From: Stegostoma tigrinum
Lineage: Eukaryota
DNA length: 64,000 nt
Assembly (NCBI RefSeq): GCF_030684315.1
Contig: NC_081361.1
Span: 32,043,861 to 32,107,860, forward strand
Reading direction: 5' to 3'
Below, piece after piece: positions 26,106 to 40,187 of this stretch. A program made the translations under genes and the position numbers. Numbering within the stretch: the first letter of the stretch is position 1; the number at the start of each line of letters is the position of its first letter. The notes under the pieces are model-generated. The model was not told the origin of the DNA and did not search any database. It saw only the letters and a program-made list of their open reading frames with translations.

Positions 26106-28719
26106 CTTACAGAAAGATTTATATTCAACTTCCCAGTCTTAACGAGGTCACACTTTTAATTTCCTAATTTCTCCATCACAGTGCTCTCAACCGAAGTTAA
26201 CCAGCATTCTGAACACTAATCCCCAGGAAACATGACACAAAGTCATGAAGTTAATTTCTACATATATTTCAACACAGAATTTCACCTCTCCTACCATTGC
26301 TTCAAGTGCACTGATTGCACTACTCTACCTGACTGTGCATTTGACAGGAGTCATGGAAGAGCCAAGAACATCAGACCAAAGTAACAGGTCAAATTATTGT
26401 GATTTCTCACAGCAGATGTCGGTACACAGAGACATATTTAGGACAATTGTCATGGTACCAAAATATGTAACCTAATGGGCTGAAGATTCTCAGATTCCAT
26501 CTTAACTCGGCCCACTTGAATCATAAAATGTTAATGGTAATATGCTACTCTTTGTAACGCAATAGTCTAATGTTTGGCTAAATATTAGTGTGCCTGTGAA
26601 TATAATATTTGTTTAGATCAGCTGTAATAAACATCTGTAGGATCCTACAATATCATATTATTCATGTCTAGTTCTTATGTAGCAAGGGATAACAGAAAAA
26701 TTGCCATCAGGTAAAAACACCCTGGTGAAGACAAAACACAAATTGCAAATCTCTCTACTTCCTGACAATTGGCTCAACTGGAAATTGACAAGTTTCAGCC
26801 CACCTCACCTTGAGCTCAGCTAAAACCCCACAAACAGTTGATCTGACTGCCTGATCTTCACAACATTGTACATCTCTGTTCTTGTCTCCTCTTTGTCACC
26901 TCTTACCTCCACACTTATGCTCATCAGCTTCCCAAATTCCTTCTTGAATAAACAACTAATCCTAAATTCTGCCACTTTTATCCTGTATCATCTTACTTGA
27001 TAGGCTGACCTATTACCACGTGTCTCCATCTGCTACTCACCCTCTAATGCTTCAATTTCAAAATCTTTATTTTTGAATCCTACAGTACTTTCATTTCACG
27101 CTATTTCTGCAGCTTTCCCTAGGTTCATATTCAAGTATGCACTCTGAAATGCAATCACATACAGCCCTAATTTCCAAGACATAACAGACTTGAATCAGAT
27201 ACTGTACTGTGGAATTCTAATCGTTAACCACTCCATCCTGCTTCCCTAATTCTCAGCAATACTCTTCTGAAAATCCACCTTGCCTTCAGCTACTTCTGAA
27301 ACTGGCAGTAATATCCAGTGCTTCTTAATTTCCCTCCCTATTATAAAGTATCATGGAACATTCTGCTCTATTATACAGGTAATACATGTGGAAATTACTC
27401 TCGACCCAATGAAAGTTGAAAATAAAGGATCTGCCATTAGATGGTGCTATCCCCAAATGGTACCCTCCACAATTCGTGTATAGAAAAGAAATATGCTTTC
27501 TCCTTATTCAAACTGCTCCATCCTAGCCCACTGAATCTCAAAAGAGGTAACCCACTGCAGATAAACATCCCAGATTTTAAAATTTGATGATATTTCTCCA
27601 GGGCTCTCAAGAATTACCCATTAATTAATCTTAGAAGCTTCACTAAAAATTTGGCCAGTTACCAGCGAGCTACAGTACTGCTCTTAACGTACCCATATCA
27701 GAGCGATTGCAAAACTTGAAGGATCTGAAAATGGGAGAGTGTTAAAAAGCTGGGGCCTATGATAAATTGAACATCTCTTTCAAACACAATGGCCCAATGG
27801 GCATCTTCTGTGCTGCAAGTTTGTGGTTCTCACGGGTAGATGTTGAACTACAGGAAGATTATTCTAGATGAGGACAAGGGCAAAAGGAACAGAAAGTTAT
27901 GATGAAAGGATGAAATGCTGTTAAAAGAATGAGAGGAGACTCATGTACCAGTGAATTAATCAGGCCAAATATATCCAATGTAATTGTACACATCCATTAT
28001 TCTGAAGATAAACCATTTGTTTCTAAAACTCTAGTCAAATTTGAAATTGCTTTTGTACTCCAGATTTCTAATTACAGTTCAAGTTGAAAGGGTCTGTTTG
28101 CATTTACATTGTGGTTTCTCATAATAAAGTTTATGATTTCAGCTTTGCAATCAGGAATTAGGTCAGTTGTATTTAGCAGAGGCTTCAATTTAACAAAAAG
28201 TGTTTGTTGGTCCATTCATACCTTTGCCCAATTCCACTTTGCAGAGCAATTTAGCCACAAAACTATAAGCAGGTTACCTGTCTGTTCACAGATAATATAA
28301 GGTAAGAGTAAAGGAAATTTTAAAAAATGCATAAGAAAAAATAATTAATTTCATAAAGGCAGCAAGTCAGATCTGAGTGTTAGTTTTTCTGTCATGAGCG
28401 ATGACAGTGTACTTTACAACTTAAATCATGACAAACTATTACATTTTTAACACCGGTTATTGTTCTTTGGGTGGAACAGCTTCAACCTAGTGTAGTTTTT
28501 TGAAGTAACTAATTTTCTGTTCCCCTATTGCTATTTGATAATTCTAAAAAAATTTCACTGTTGTTACATTCAACCTTTTAAAACATGCTTTGAACAAATT
28601 CAAAGAAAATTTAAAAGGTAATTTGCCTTCAACATAACTGTTTAGATCAACTTGCTTTTGCATTGGTGGTACTATTTTTATTACTAAAATATGGTTTCAT
28701 ACTTGAAGCAATAAGTAAC

Positions 28720-30700
28720 AGAGGATTTGAGAACTGGGGATCATTAGGCTCTTCAGGTTTGTTCCACCATTCAATTATATGACAGCTGATTTGCTTCTGT
28801 GGTATCAATTCCACTTTCCTTTCTGCCTTTACCACCAAGTCCCTTGTCGATCAAAAATCTAATTCATGCAGCCTTGTATGGATTCCCAGCCTGGACTGTT
28901 TTTCAGGCAAGAGAATTCCACAGATTAACCCCACCTGAAAGGAAAAAAACTTCACCTCACTCTTAAACAGTTAACTTCAATCTTTAAGGTGTGCTCCCTG
29001 GTTCAAACTCCCCATCAAGGGAAAACATTCTCTCAGCAGCTATCCTATCAAATCTGCAAATTTGTAGTTTGTTTTCAATTTGATGCAATTCTTAACCTCC
29101 TCGTTTAGCTACTGGTATACGCCTCTCAGTGATTCTTTCACTGAGAGGTATTGATAAACGCTTGCTTAAAAATATTTACCAGCTCCTTGGAAGTCTAACA
29201 CTCACCTCTCCTCAACTTTTCACTCAGTTTGACCTGCTCCCCCTTCATACCTTAGTAGTTACCTTTATTCAGGTTTAAGACACCAGTAGTAAATCTACAC
29301 CTTTTCTCTTTAAACTGAATGTGAAATCACTGTCACCTAAAAGCCCTTCCAGCCAAAAGTTATGGTTTAATCCTGTTTCACTGCAAGCTGCCAGCTAAAA
29401 AAAGAGCATCCAGGTTGGTTCTATAATATTACACTTCAGGAAATGGCTTTAAATGTGCTTCAATTAATTCATTTTCCTGACTACCTTTGTCAATTTGAAT
29501 TACCCATATGGTTAAAGTCACTCATGATTATTGCTGTACCATTCTTACACACTATTTGTTTCTGTCCTACAGTGTAACTACTGGTTAGGTGGTCTATAAA
29601 CTACTCCTATGAGTTCCCTTACACAATTAGTTGTTTTGAGGTAAAGTCAATTTTCACTGTACAATTGATATCCTTAATCAACAGAGCTACCCCACCATCC
29701 TTTCTTGGCTTCCTGTGCTTTTAGAAACATAAAATACTCCAATTGTCAAATCACAACCTCAATTAACTTGCAATTATTTATCTGTAATTGCTAACACGCA
29801 AATTTACTTACTTTTACCTTTGCTAACAATTTATAATATTTTGCTGCAAATGCATTCAGCTATTAAATCTTAACTCTACTTTCTTGGAATCTCTCACCTG
29901 CTGTCTGTCTCTTCCTGTTACATTCTGTGATCATTATCCAAAGTCCTACATTGATTCCCTTTGATTTACCACAGCTCCTTCCTCAAGATCCTCTTTTCCC
30001 CACTCTTCATGTAAAGCCCTCTCAATGGCTTCACTTAAGCAATTTGGCAGAACTCTGGTCCCAGCACAGTTCAGGTGAAGACCAACCCAATGATACAGCT
30101 CCTATTTTCGTCGGCTCTATTATCATTACAAGAAGAAACCTGTTTCTCTCAGACTTTTGAGCCACACATAAATCTCTCTAACCTTACTCTATGTCAATTT
30201 GTATGACACTCAGGAGATAACCCTCAGGTTATTAGCTTTGAGACTCTGCTTTTCAATTTAGCCTACTGCTGCTCATATTCCACAAGCAAAACATCTTTCC
30301 TAGTTCTATCTATCCTAGTTCTATCTATCCTGTTGGTACACAGATTGACCATAACTACTTGATCTCACCCTCTTGCCACAAATTACTCTCTAGCCCCAAG
30401 TTGGTGAACCGACCGGACAGGCAACAGGGTCTTCTGGTCAAACGCTCTTAGATTCAGAGAATCAGTCCTATCTTCCTCAACCACGTGAATCCTACTGGCT
30501 CCTCCCACTTGAACGGCTTCTTGTACCACAATGTCATGGCAGTTCACTCATGCCATCCATACAAGATGCTCTCATCCATACAAGATGCAAGAATCTAGAG
30601 TCTGTTCAAGGGCCGAGGCTCCTCCACTTATACCTTTTCAGTCCCTTACTGCTACAGTCATTCTCCTGTCCCCAACTGGGGACCAAACTGGATGCCCCTA
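28720..30700 (-). mobile_element. Heavily decayed CR1 fragments
   Basis: CR1 3' end at about 28720-29050, then weak ORF2/ORF1-like sequence. Confidence 0.5.
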
Positions 30701-31454
30701 AGGGGTGTGATTATAGTCCGGTACTGTTTATTTTTAAATAAAATTGTAATTAGCAATAATTCTAATGCTTCAGAATGATTGCATTGGCACTTTATTCCAA
30801 CACAATAAATAAAATCATATAAAAGGGTCAGCAGTAAACAGCAACCTCACATCAAGCTCACCACAAACTTTGGTTTAAAACAACATTAGGAAAGGAATTT
30901 TAGTGGAAATTATTCGATTAAAGGGAATAGCTCAAAAATCTGTTTTCTGTGGACAGTGTTGGCTGAAATGGCACACAAAAGCAGAAGTGACATATTGCTG
31001 CAAAATTATTGCAAAGCTTATATTTTCTATAATGGTACTTTAGCCTCTTACACAACAGAACTTGCTTTGCCTCCGCTTCACTGATAGTAGACGTCATTAT
31101 ATTTGCAATCTGAATTAATGAATATAATTATTAAATATTTACAGCCTATAAAGCCAATAATATTTTAGAATTCAAACAGAGCTCATCTCAAGATGGGCAA
31201 CAAATGCTGGCCCAGCCTGTGACACCCAATGAAGAAAAGAATGCATGCAGAAAAAGGCAAAATATTTCATGCTTCCAGACATTCGGCAACCACAACACAG
31301 TTGAATGTTAAACTTTTAATTCATGACTCCACTGTCTTTTTTTCTTGATACACAGCATGTAAAAGGGAATCAAAGAATAGATCAGTCTCATTATGAAAGT
31401 GTAGGCTAATACCAAGTTGAGTATCACTAAACAAAACGAAGCTGTTACAATTTG

Positions 31455-32045
31455 CAAATCGAAAAGCAGAATGCTGTAGGTGCTGGAAATCAGAAATGAA
31501 AATGAAAATGCTTGAAAATATAATCTGAACTAGGAGAAGTTAGATTTGTAATAGGTTCTAGTTTAAGAAGTGGGTGGGCCAAGGACAAAAGAAACATCTG
31601 ATATAGGATGGAACAGAGACTGAGTGACAGAAAAGTTAGTCCCCTAAGGCAAACAGCAATGGAGATGGGGTAAGAAAAGAAACAAACAAACAAAAACATG
31701 CGCCTAGAGCAGGTGTGCTGCTAACTTTAAAAAAACTGAAACATGCAAAGATGAAAAAACAGAATAGGGACAAGAGTTACAAAATCTGATATTGCTGAAC
31801 TCAATGTGAGTCCAGAAGACTGTAAAGTGCCTAACTGAAAACCGACATGCTGTTCCTAAAGCTTACATCAAGCCTCAGTGGAACAACGCAGCAGGCTGAA
31901 GACAGAGACGTAATTCCAAGAATAGGGTCGAGAATTAAAGTAACAAGTCAGGGGAGTCTCAGGATCATGCTTATTAACATCACAGAGGTGTCCCAAAAAG
32001 TGATCACCAAGCTGGATTTTTTTCCCCCCACTGTAGAGGAGCGTC
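31455..32045 (-). mobile_element. Old, diverged PLE 3' fragment
   Basis: Reverse strand resembles the EQH.FxLGTLQxxGLxxE endonuclease end and a ...ttccagcacctacagcattctgctttt tail. A similar decayed tail lies at about 9570-9700. Confidence 0.55.
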
Positions 32046-32869
32046 TCAACACAAATGCCACATTACTGTTTTTTTTCTCTCCCGAGTACCTTCAGTTACA
32101 ATTCGAACCATTTATGCTCGAATATATTGGACCCTAACCTTGGCTACATTGATCATTTGCTCACAGCCTTTTCCTCTATTTTACCCACTCTTGTTTCAAG
32201 CTTTGTTCAACATAGTCTGAATTTTGGAAGCGGTTTTGCTCTAAAATCAGCTACTTTTAAAAAAAAAGAGAATGAGATCATCTCAAGAAAGGCAGGAGAT
32301 ACAAGTCATTTACACATACTGAGAGCCTTGCAACTACCAGATTAATCAAATTATTTTGAGTTCCACAGTTTCATCCCAAATCTTCCACTGAGGTTACTTG
32401 CTCATTTTTTTTGCACCCAACACTATGTTGATGTTCTCTTCCTGCCTGAAGTATTCCTTTTTCCATTGATTAACACAGGCTCAAGGAACTTGTGAAGGCA
32501 TACCTCGAATGAATAGACACCCAAGTACAACTTTAATTTGCATTTTACTAACATGCACCAAAATTGATAAATATATTTCATTTTAAACACTACTTTCTAT
32601 GATGTCATGTTTTTATTGTTCTTAATTTTTCACATGTATTTTTGAAACTCCATCTCATGAGTTAATAACTGCCAATATGAACATGTCTTGATTTTAAACT
32701 TGCCTTATTCTGTAGACAAACATCGATGAATAGGTTTTAGGACTCATTCGTTAAGATCAAAACAAGCCAAGTGAATACAGAGTCAAACTAATTTACAGGA
32801 TGTGATTGTTGTCTGAAGGCAAACCCAAGCTAACCACAGTAATGGCATTTAGCAAGGCTCCAAATGTTG

Positions 32870-34345
32870 ATAACTCCCCTGGAGCAATTGGGCTACAACC
32901 TAGGATCTTAAAGGGAGGAGCTACCATGCACTGGTAATAAGTTTCCAAGAATCCTTAAATTCTGTAAAGGTGTCAGAGCTTGGGAGATCCGCCAATCTAA
33001 CACCATTACTCAAAAAGGGAAGGAGACAGGTCACCACAAACCTGTTAGGTCAACAGCAGCCATTAGGACAATGTTAGAGTCTATTAGAAAGGATGTAATA
33101 GCAGAATATTTAAAAATACATAATTTAATCAAGCAGTCAGTACAGCTTCATGAACAGGAAATTATACTGAAGAATTTATATTAATTCTCTGAGGAGGAAA
33201 CAAGCGAGATGGTAAAAGGGAACCAGCAGATATAATGTATTTGGATTTCCAAAAGGTTTTCATTAACGTAAAGCACAAAAGGCTATTGAGAGTAGTATAT
33301 TCGCATGGATAAAGGATTGGCTAATTAATAGAGGTAGAGAAATGGGTTAAGGTGGGCATTTTCAAGATTGCAATCTGTAACTGATCAGGGGCCACAATTA
33401 TTTACAATTTAAATACAGTATTAATGACTAATTTGACAGAAGTAAGTGGTTTATTTCCAAGTTTGCAGATGGCACAAAAATAAGTGAGCAGCAAAGTATA
33501 AAAGTGACACAAAAAGTCTGTGGAGGGATATAGATTGATTGAGTAGAAAAGCACTTGGCAAACTGAATATACTGTGAGAAGTTGTGAGCTTTATGCACTT
33601 TGGCAGGAAGAAGAGGAGCAGAATATTATTTAAATGGAGAAAGACGGTGAAAAGCTGCAGCACAAAAGGATTTGGGGACCCTCGTTCATAAATCACAACA
33701 TGAAAGCATACACGAACAGGTAATAGACAAGAAAAATGAAATATTGGCCTTTATTTCAAAGAGAAAGAAGTATAAAAATAGAGAAATCTTACAAAAACAG
33801 TACAAGGCTCCAAGGAGACTACGCCTAAAATACAGTGAAAATGTTTGGTCCCTATACCTAAAGACAGATATACTGGTGTTGGACACAGTCCAGAGGAAGG
33901 TTGATCTCAGGTATGGACGAATTTTCTTATGACAAGAGGTTAAGTAAGTTGGGCTTCTACTCACTGGAATTTGGAAGAATAAGAGGTGACCTTATTGAAA
34001 CCTATTAGATTATTAACAGGCTTGACAGGGTTGATGCCAAGACTCTCCCTGCAGGAGAGTCCAGGACCAAAGGACAAAATCTCAGAGCCAAGGATCACAC
34101 ATTTAGGACAGAGATGAGGGGAAATTTCTTCTCTCAGAGAGTAGTAAATCTGCAGAATTCTTTACCAGAGAAGGACTGAAGAGGCTAAGTCATTAGATTA
34201 TATCCAAGATTGAAACAAGTGGATTTTTAATCAGCAAGGGAACCGATGGTTATGAGGAAAAGCCAGAAAAGTAAAGTTGAGCCTAATCAGATCAGCCATG
34301 ATTTCATCGAGAGACAGGGCAAACTCGATGGGTTCAATGATCTAT
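32870..34345 (+). mobile_element. CR1 LINE RT region
   Basis: Decayed YLDFQK, SKFADG and RIRGDLIETY motifs. Confidence 0.82.
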
Positions 34346-34709
34346 ATGCTAATACTCAGACTCCAGTTACCCCCAAACTATATGCCAGCGTGAATCAGCT
34401 CTTTCAAACAAGCAAAGAAATATGAACCAACTTTTTTAAAAAAATCGATTATTTGAAAGGCCTTAGAATGCTGAAAAATTAGTTCTTCAGAAATAGTTCA
34501 GATCATCATTTACTGAAGCAACTTCAAAGAAATAAGTATACCCCATATTAAAACAGGGTTTTTAAACATGTAATTATTCTGTTCCATCTTGCACTGACCA
34601 CAAGATTTATCACTACTCTTCAGAACCCATGTCAATATTTTCTACATGCTCCTTTTTCAATGTTTATTAGAATTCTATCAAGTAAGGTGATATGGTAAGG
34701 GAACACTAA

Positions 34710-34917
34710 AATTGTGGAATCCCTACTGTGTGGGAGCAAAGAACTTGGCCTATCGAGTCCATAGTAACCCTCCAAAGATCATTCCACCCAGAGTTACCTC
34801 CTACCCTAGAACTGCAACCCTGCATTTCCTATGGCTAATCCACTTAACCTGCACATCCTTGGATACTATGGGCAATTTAGCTTGGCCAATCCACCTAATC
34901 CGCACATCTCTGGACTA
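34710..34917 (-). mobile_element. Partial HE1-like SINE
   Basis: 3' half only (ggcaatttagcttggccaatccacc). Confidence 0.7.
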
Positions 34918-36504
34918 AAGGATGCACCTGGAATATCAGAATTGCTAACATTACTAACCAGAAATTAAAAAACGAAACTCATAGATTGCATTGTCTTTAA
35001 AACCTAATACCATACAATGAATAAACTGAAATGATTCATCAAAACAAAAAATCAATTTAATTAGTGTGTACTAAGTTTTTCAAAGCACAATTGACATTTA
35101 AATTCTATACATTACTCAGAATTTTACTTCCCACACTGATATCAACAATAGCTGTGGTTTATCCAACATAGCAACTATAAAAGAATGCTCTACTGCTATC
35201 CACTCTAAGGCTGCTACCCTCTGTACCTAGTTCCACAACAAAGTAAAGGTTGCACTACTCATTTCACTAGCCTTCCACTCAGCAAAGTGACAGTGATTGC
35301 CACCGACCTTTAAGAACTCTGCCCCAAGAGACCTAAATAACTCTGCAGTGAGGACTCCACCTCTCTTAGCCGGCAACTGAATGTAAATACTGTTAACAGA
35401 GATTCCCAGCCATGTAATCAAGCTACTTAACCAGGCAATTATATTAAATAGTTTTTAGAGACAGAAACTTTGGAAATACCACAGTCAACAACAGACCACA
35501 TCTTCAGCGCTTCCACGTTAGTCTGTGCTTGCACAAAATCCTGAGGATGTTTAATAACAGCAAACGCAGACAGTACAAAGTGGATAATTTTGCTCCAGGA
35601 CAAAGATGCAGTTAGATTTATTTGTAACAGTATATGGACAGTAGTCTGCTGTGTAGCAACATTGCAAAGCTATGGATAAACGTCTGGCACTACAATATGC
35701 CTCTTTAAAATGCAAAAGCTCAAAATGATCATGATTATGTGCAACTGTCTTTAAGGAACTACACATGGCATTCAAGACGACCGATAATGCTGGACCAAAA
35801 CAGGATTCCAGACAAAATAAGGACAGTTTTAAAATTGGAGCTAAACCATCCAACAGCATGACCAGGAAGGCTAAAACCCCATCTAAAAGATAACAGTAGC
35901 CTGGAATTCTCTTCATCCAAAGCCTACGGATGAAAGGTACTCGTAGCTTTTAAGACTAAGAAATACAGGAAACACAGATAACCTGTTCAGGATATGGAAC
36001 AATGGCAGGAAAATGGAATTAAGGTGGAGGCAAGCTAAGATATACCTGAATGGTGGAACAGAGCCGAGGACTTGAATAATCTATTCCTATTCCTAACCAA
36101 CACTGCCTGCATGTGTCTTGGTCAATGATATTAATAAAAGTAAATATCAGAAATTTGTGTCTAAGGTGCTACTAGGCAATCATTACACTGCATAAATGAA
36201 TATAAACCAAATATGTGTTCCTTTCACTTACCCTAGAAGGCTAAATCGAAAACTTAAAAGTTGGCGCATACGAATTTCCACATGAAATCTTCCATTATAC
36301 AGATTTTATTTACAACTATTTAAACATATTGCTTCTGCAATACCCAATTAACAAAATGGGAGCTGTTCACTACAAACACCAATCTGAACCGCATCCAACC
36401 TACATTCTTTCATTCAATGTTGTCCTTGTCGAAATGAAAAATACATCCAACTTCAGAAAGTACATTTTCACACAAAGCAAAGTAAAAACCTAGAACTTTA
36501 AACC

Positions 36505-38262
36505 CCAACCCAAGAGCTTTGGGAGACAAGCTTTGGCGAGTCATGAGGCGAGTTACTCACTGCAGGATCCTTAGCTTCTGACCAGCTCTCGCAACCACAG
36601 TATTTACATGGCTTGTCCAGTTCACTTTTGGTCAATTTCAGTTTCTGGTCAATGGTGACCCACTCGATGTTGATAGTGGGGTGGTAAATCCCCAAATGAC
36701 AAGGAGTGATCCTTAAATTCTCTCTTGGTGGAGATGGTCATTGCCGGGCACTTATGCAGCAAGAATGTTACATACCATTTGTCAGCCCAAACCAGATTTG
36801 GCACATCTGGACCTGGAGTGTTTCAGTATCTGAGGCACTGCGAATGGTGCTGAACATTGTAGATGTTCAATTGCATACTTCTGACTTTAAATGGAGAAAA
36901 TGTCAGTGATGAAGCAGCTGAAGGTGATCAGGTTTAGGACACTGCCCTGAAGAATTTCTGCAGACACATCCTGGTGCTGAGGTAACTCCCCTCCAAAAAT
37001 CACACCCATTTTCTCTCGTGCCAGGTATGACTCCAACCAGCAGAGAGTTTTCTCCCTGTTTCCCAATGACTTCAATTTTGCTCGGGTTCAATGCCACACT
37101 GCCACCTTAACGTCAAGGGCAGTCACTCTCACCTCACCTCTGGAATTCAGCTATTTTATCCATGTTTCAACCAAAGCTACAGTGACGTCAAAAACTGAGC
37201 TGGTCTAGCAGAACCCTCCAAACTGAGCAGATTATTGCTCAACAAGTACTGCCTGATAGCACTGTTGATGACACCTTAGAGCAGAATGATGAAGCAGTAG
37301 TTAGCTGAATTGTATTTCATGCTTTTTATGGACAAGATGTACTTCAGCAATTTTCCACATTGTCAGGTAGGTGCCAATGTTCTAACTGTAACGAAACAGT
37401 TTGGCTATGAATGTAGCAATGTTCTGGAGCACACCGTACTCCAGTCTTCAGTACTATTGCCAGAATGTTGTCAAGGCCTTTCCAAATTCCAGTGCCTCCA
37501 ATTGTTTTTTGGTACTCCTGCAGTGAACTAAATTCGCTGAAGATCTGTGATCCTGGGAACCTCTGGAGGGTGCTAAGATGGATCATTTACTTGGAACTTC
37601 TGCATGAAGATTGCTACACATGCATCAGCCTTATCTTTTGCACTAATGTGCTGGGCTCACCATCAGTGAGGTTGGGGGTGTTTGTGGAGCTTCCTCCTCC
37701 AGTGAGGTGTATAGTTGTCCAGCGCCATTCACAGCTGGGTATGGCAAGACAGCAGAGCTTAGGTCTGGTCAGCGATGAAGCAGCTGACGATAATCGGGTT
37801 TAGGATACTACCCTGAGGAGTAGAACATTCATAGTGTCACACAGCACGATAGAGAGTATCCTCAATGTGAAGACAGGACTGTGTCTTCACAAGGGCTGTT
37901 CTAGTGGTCACGTATACCATTGTCCGGGACGGTTGTAACTACAGAAGGCAAATTGTTGAGGATGGGGCCGCACTTTTGCTGATCCCCTCAGACCCTGCCA
38001 TAGACCTAGCAGAAGCTCTGTCCTGTGCAATTAATTCAGCTTGGTCAGTAGTGGTGCTGTCACGCAAATATTGGTGAAGGACATCCTGCACCTTTTTCAT
38101 CCTCTATGCTTCCTCCAAGTGGTGTCCAATATGGAGAAGGATTGACTCATCAGAGGAGGAGGGGGCTGGCACTGGAGTATGTAGTAATCAGCAGGTGTCT
38201 TCCTTGCCTGCGTTTGACCTGATGCTGAGAGACTTCAACAGGTCAGTAGTCAATGCTGAGGA
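36505..38262 (-). mobile_element. Fragments of the CR1/L2-group LINE family seen at 1-910
   Basis: WLESYLA..KM.V, QGSVL.L..FSCFI.D; related pieces at about 5070-5540 and 10430-10680. Confidence 0.7.
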
Positions 38263-38264
38263 CA

Positions 38265-38840
38265 CATAAGATCTTAAGATGAAGGAGAAGAAGGCTATAC
38301 AGTCCATCCAGTCTGTTCCGCCATTCAAAGAGGTCATGACTGATCTGATAACCCTCAACTCCACTTTCCTGCCTCTTCCTCAAAACCCTTGACTTCCTTG
38401 CTGATAAAAATAATCTGTACATCTCAGGCTTGAATATATTTAAACAACCCAGCCTCTACAATCTCTACAATAAGAAATGACACACATTCACCTCTCTCAA
38501 AAGAAACTCCTCCGTCCCATCTCTGTCTTAGAGGGATGATCCTTTACTCTGAGATAATGCTCTGTGATCTTAGACCTCCCAACATTTACCCTATCAAGTC
38601 CACCAAAAGTCTTGTATATTTCAATAAGGTCGCCTTTTATTCTTTTAAATTCCGAGCACACGCCCAACCGACTCAACCTCTCTTCACAGGAATATCTCTC
38701 TATAGCCAGGATCAACCTGCAGAGCCTTCTGTGTACTGCCCCAATGCCTGTAAGTCTTTTCTTAGATAAGAGAACCTAACCTGTTCACAGTATTCGAGAT
38801 GTGGTCTAACTTGCACCTTGTACCATTTTAGCAAGACTTT
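38265..38840 (-). mobile_element. CR1 3' fragment
   Basis: EERLSRLG..KRIKGDLIEIYK. Confidence 0.82.
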
Positions 38841-40187
38841 CTTATTTTTTTTCAAAGGGAATTCTGCCTTCCCAGTTACTGACTGACCTTGAAGACATCT
38901 CCCAATTGACTGAATGCCACTGTTCTGTCATCTCTACTTTATTATGTTGCTGCTTGTTGTGTGTAAATGGATAACTATTTTCAGAAACGTGCATGGCATA
39001 TGATGCTATAGCCACAACAGCCAAATCACAAACAATTAAATATCGTAATAAAATTGTTCCCAAATATTGAACCGGAAATTGACAAAGATAGCAAAAGGTG
39101 TATTGAACTTTTGAAAACAGGCTGGTGCACAGTTTTGCTAGAGGTGTAGCGTTTTGAACACCATGTAAAAATCTAGTGAATAATCAAAATTATACAACGG
39201 TCAAGGACAGGATGAGTTTAAAACTGTGGGATGCTGAAACAAAGTGCTAAATGGAACCGGTAAACAAGACAAGGATTAGCACACACTCCTCACTCTCTCA
39301 TGGAATGCACGTAAAATGCTAATATTCACCAAATTACTTTAGTAATAGTCTACCTGAATATAATTAGTTTGTATGTGGTCAGTGATCAGCAAACCCTACA
39401 CAATCGTACTGTTGCTTTGAGGACATTGTGAGCTCAACTATAAATCAATTATCATTTGATAGTGAAAAGGGTAGACAATAAGAAATGCAAATAAGCACTA
39501 TGTATGTCCTGCACACAAACAGGCTGCAGAACTATAATTGTGCAGGGTAGTAAAACAAAAAATGTGCTCAAAGTAAAGTAATCACAGAATATAGTGTTCA
39601 TTTGTCAGCCTTGACCAACAATATTGTTGAAATGATTCCAAAGCTGTATAATTTTGCACAACAAAATCAAACCACCAACTGCAACAGAAAAATATAGAAA
39701 TGCAATTTAAGAAGCAATAATTTCAGATTATTCATTTTCCAACTAGCAGTTTGATAGCTCCTTACTGCGCTACTAATTTCTGGAAAAATCACATAGCACG
39801 AAAATGAAGATGATTTTGAGAAGTGCGTTAAATGATAATTTACAGTATAAGTCCCAATGCAAGGATGATGATGAAAATTAAAACCATTTTGCACCTTTTG
39901 CAGACATTAAGAAGTTGAAAACAGTTCAACTGCATTGCAGTTCAATTTTAAACTGTTTAATTTTACAGCAAACAGATCATTTGGTTCATCCAGCTTGCAC
40001 TGACTCCCCAAGTGCTAACAACTTTCTTAGAGCAACTTAAAGCTTTTCAGAAAACAACTTAATTTTTCTTCAGATATTTCTCATTTTCTGTTTCAACAGG
40101 TATACTTGATTCTGTTCCCACCATTGTTTCTAGTTAAGCATTAAGTAATGACCTTCTGAAATAAAAACCATCCTAATCTCTCCCTTA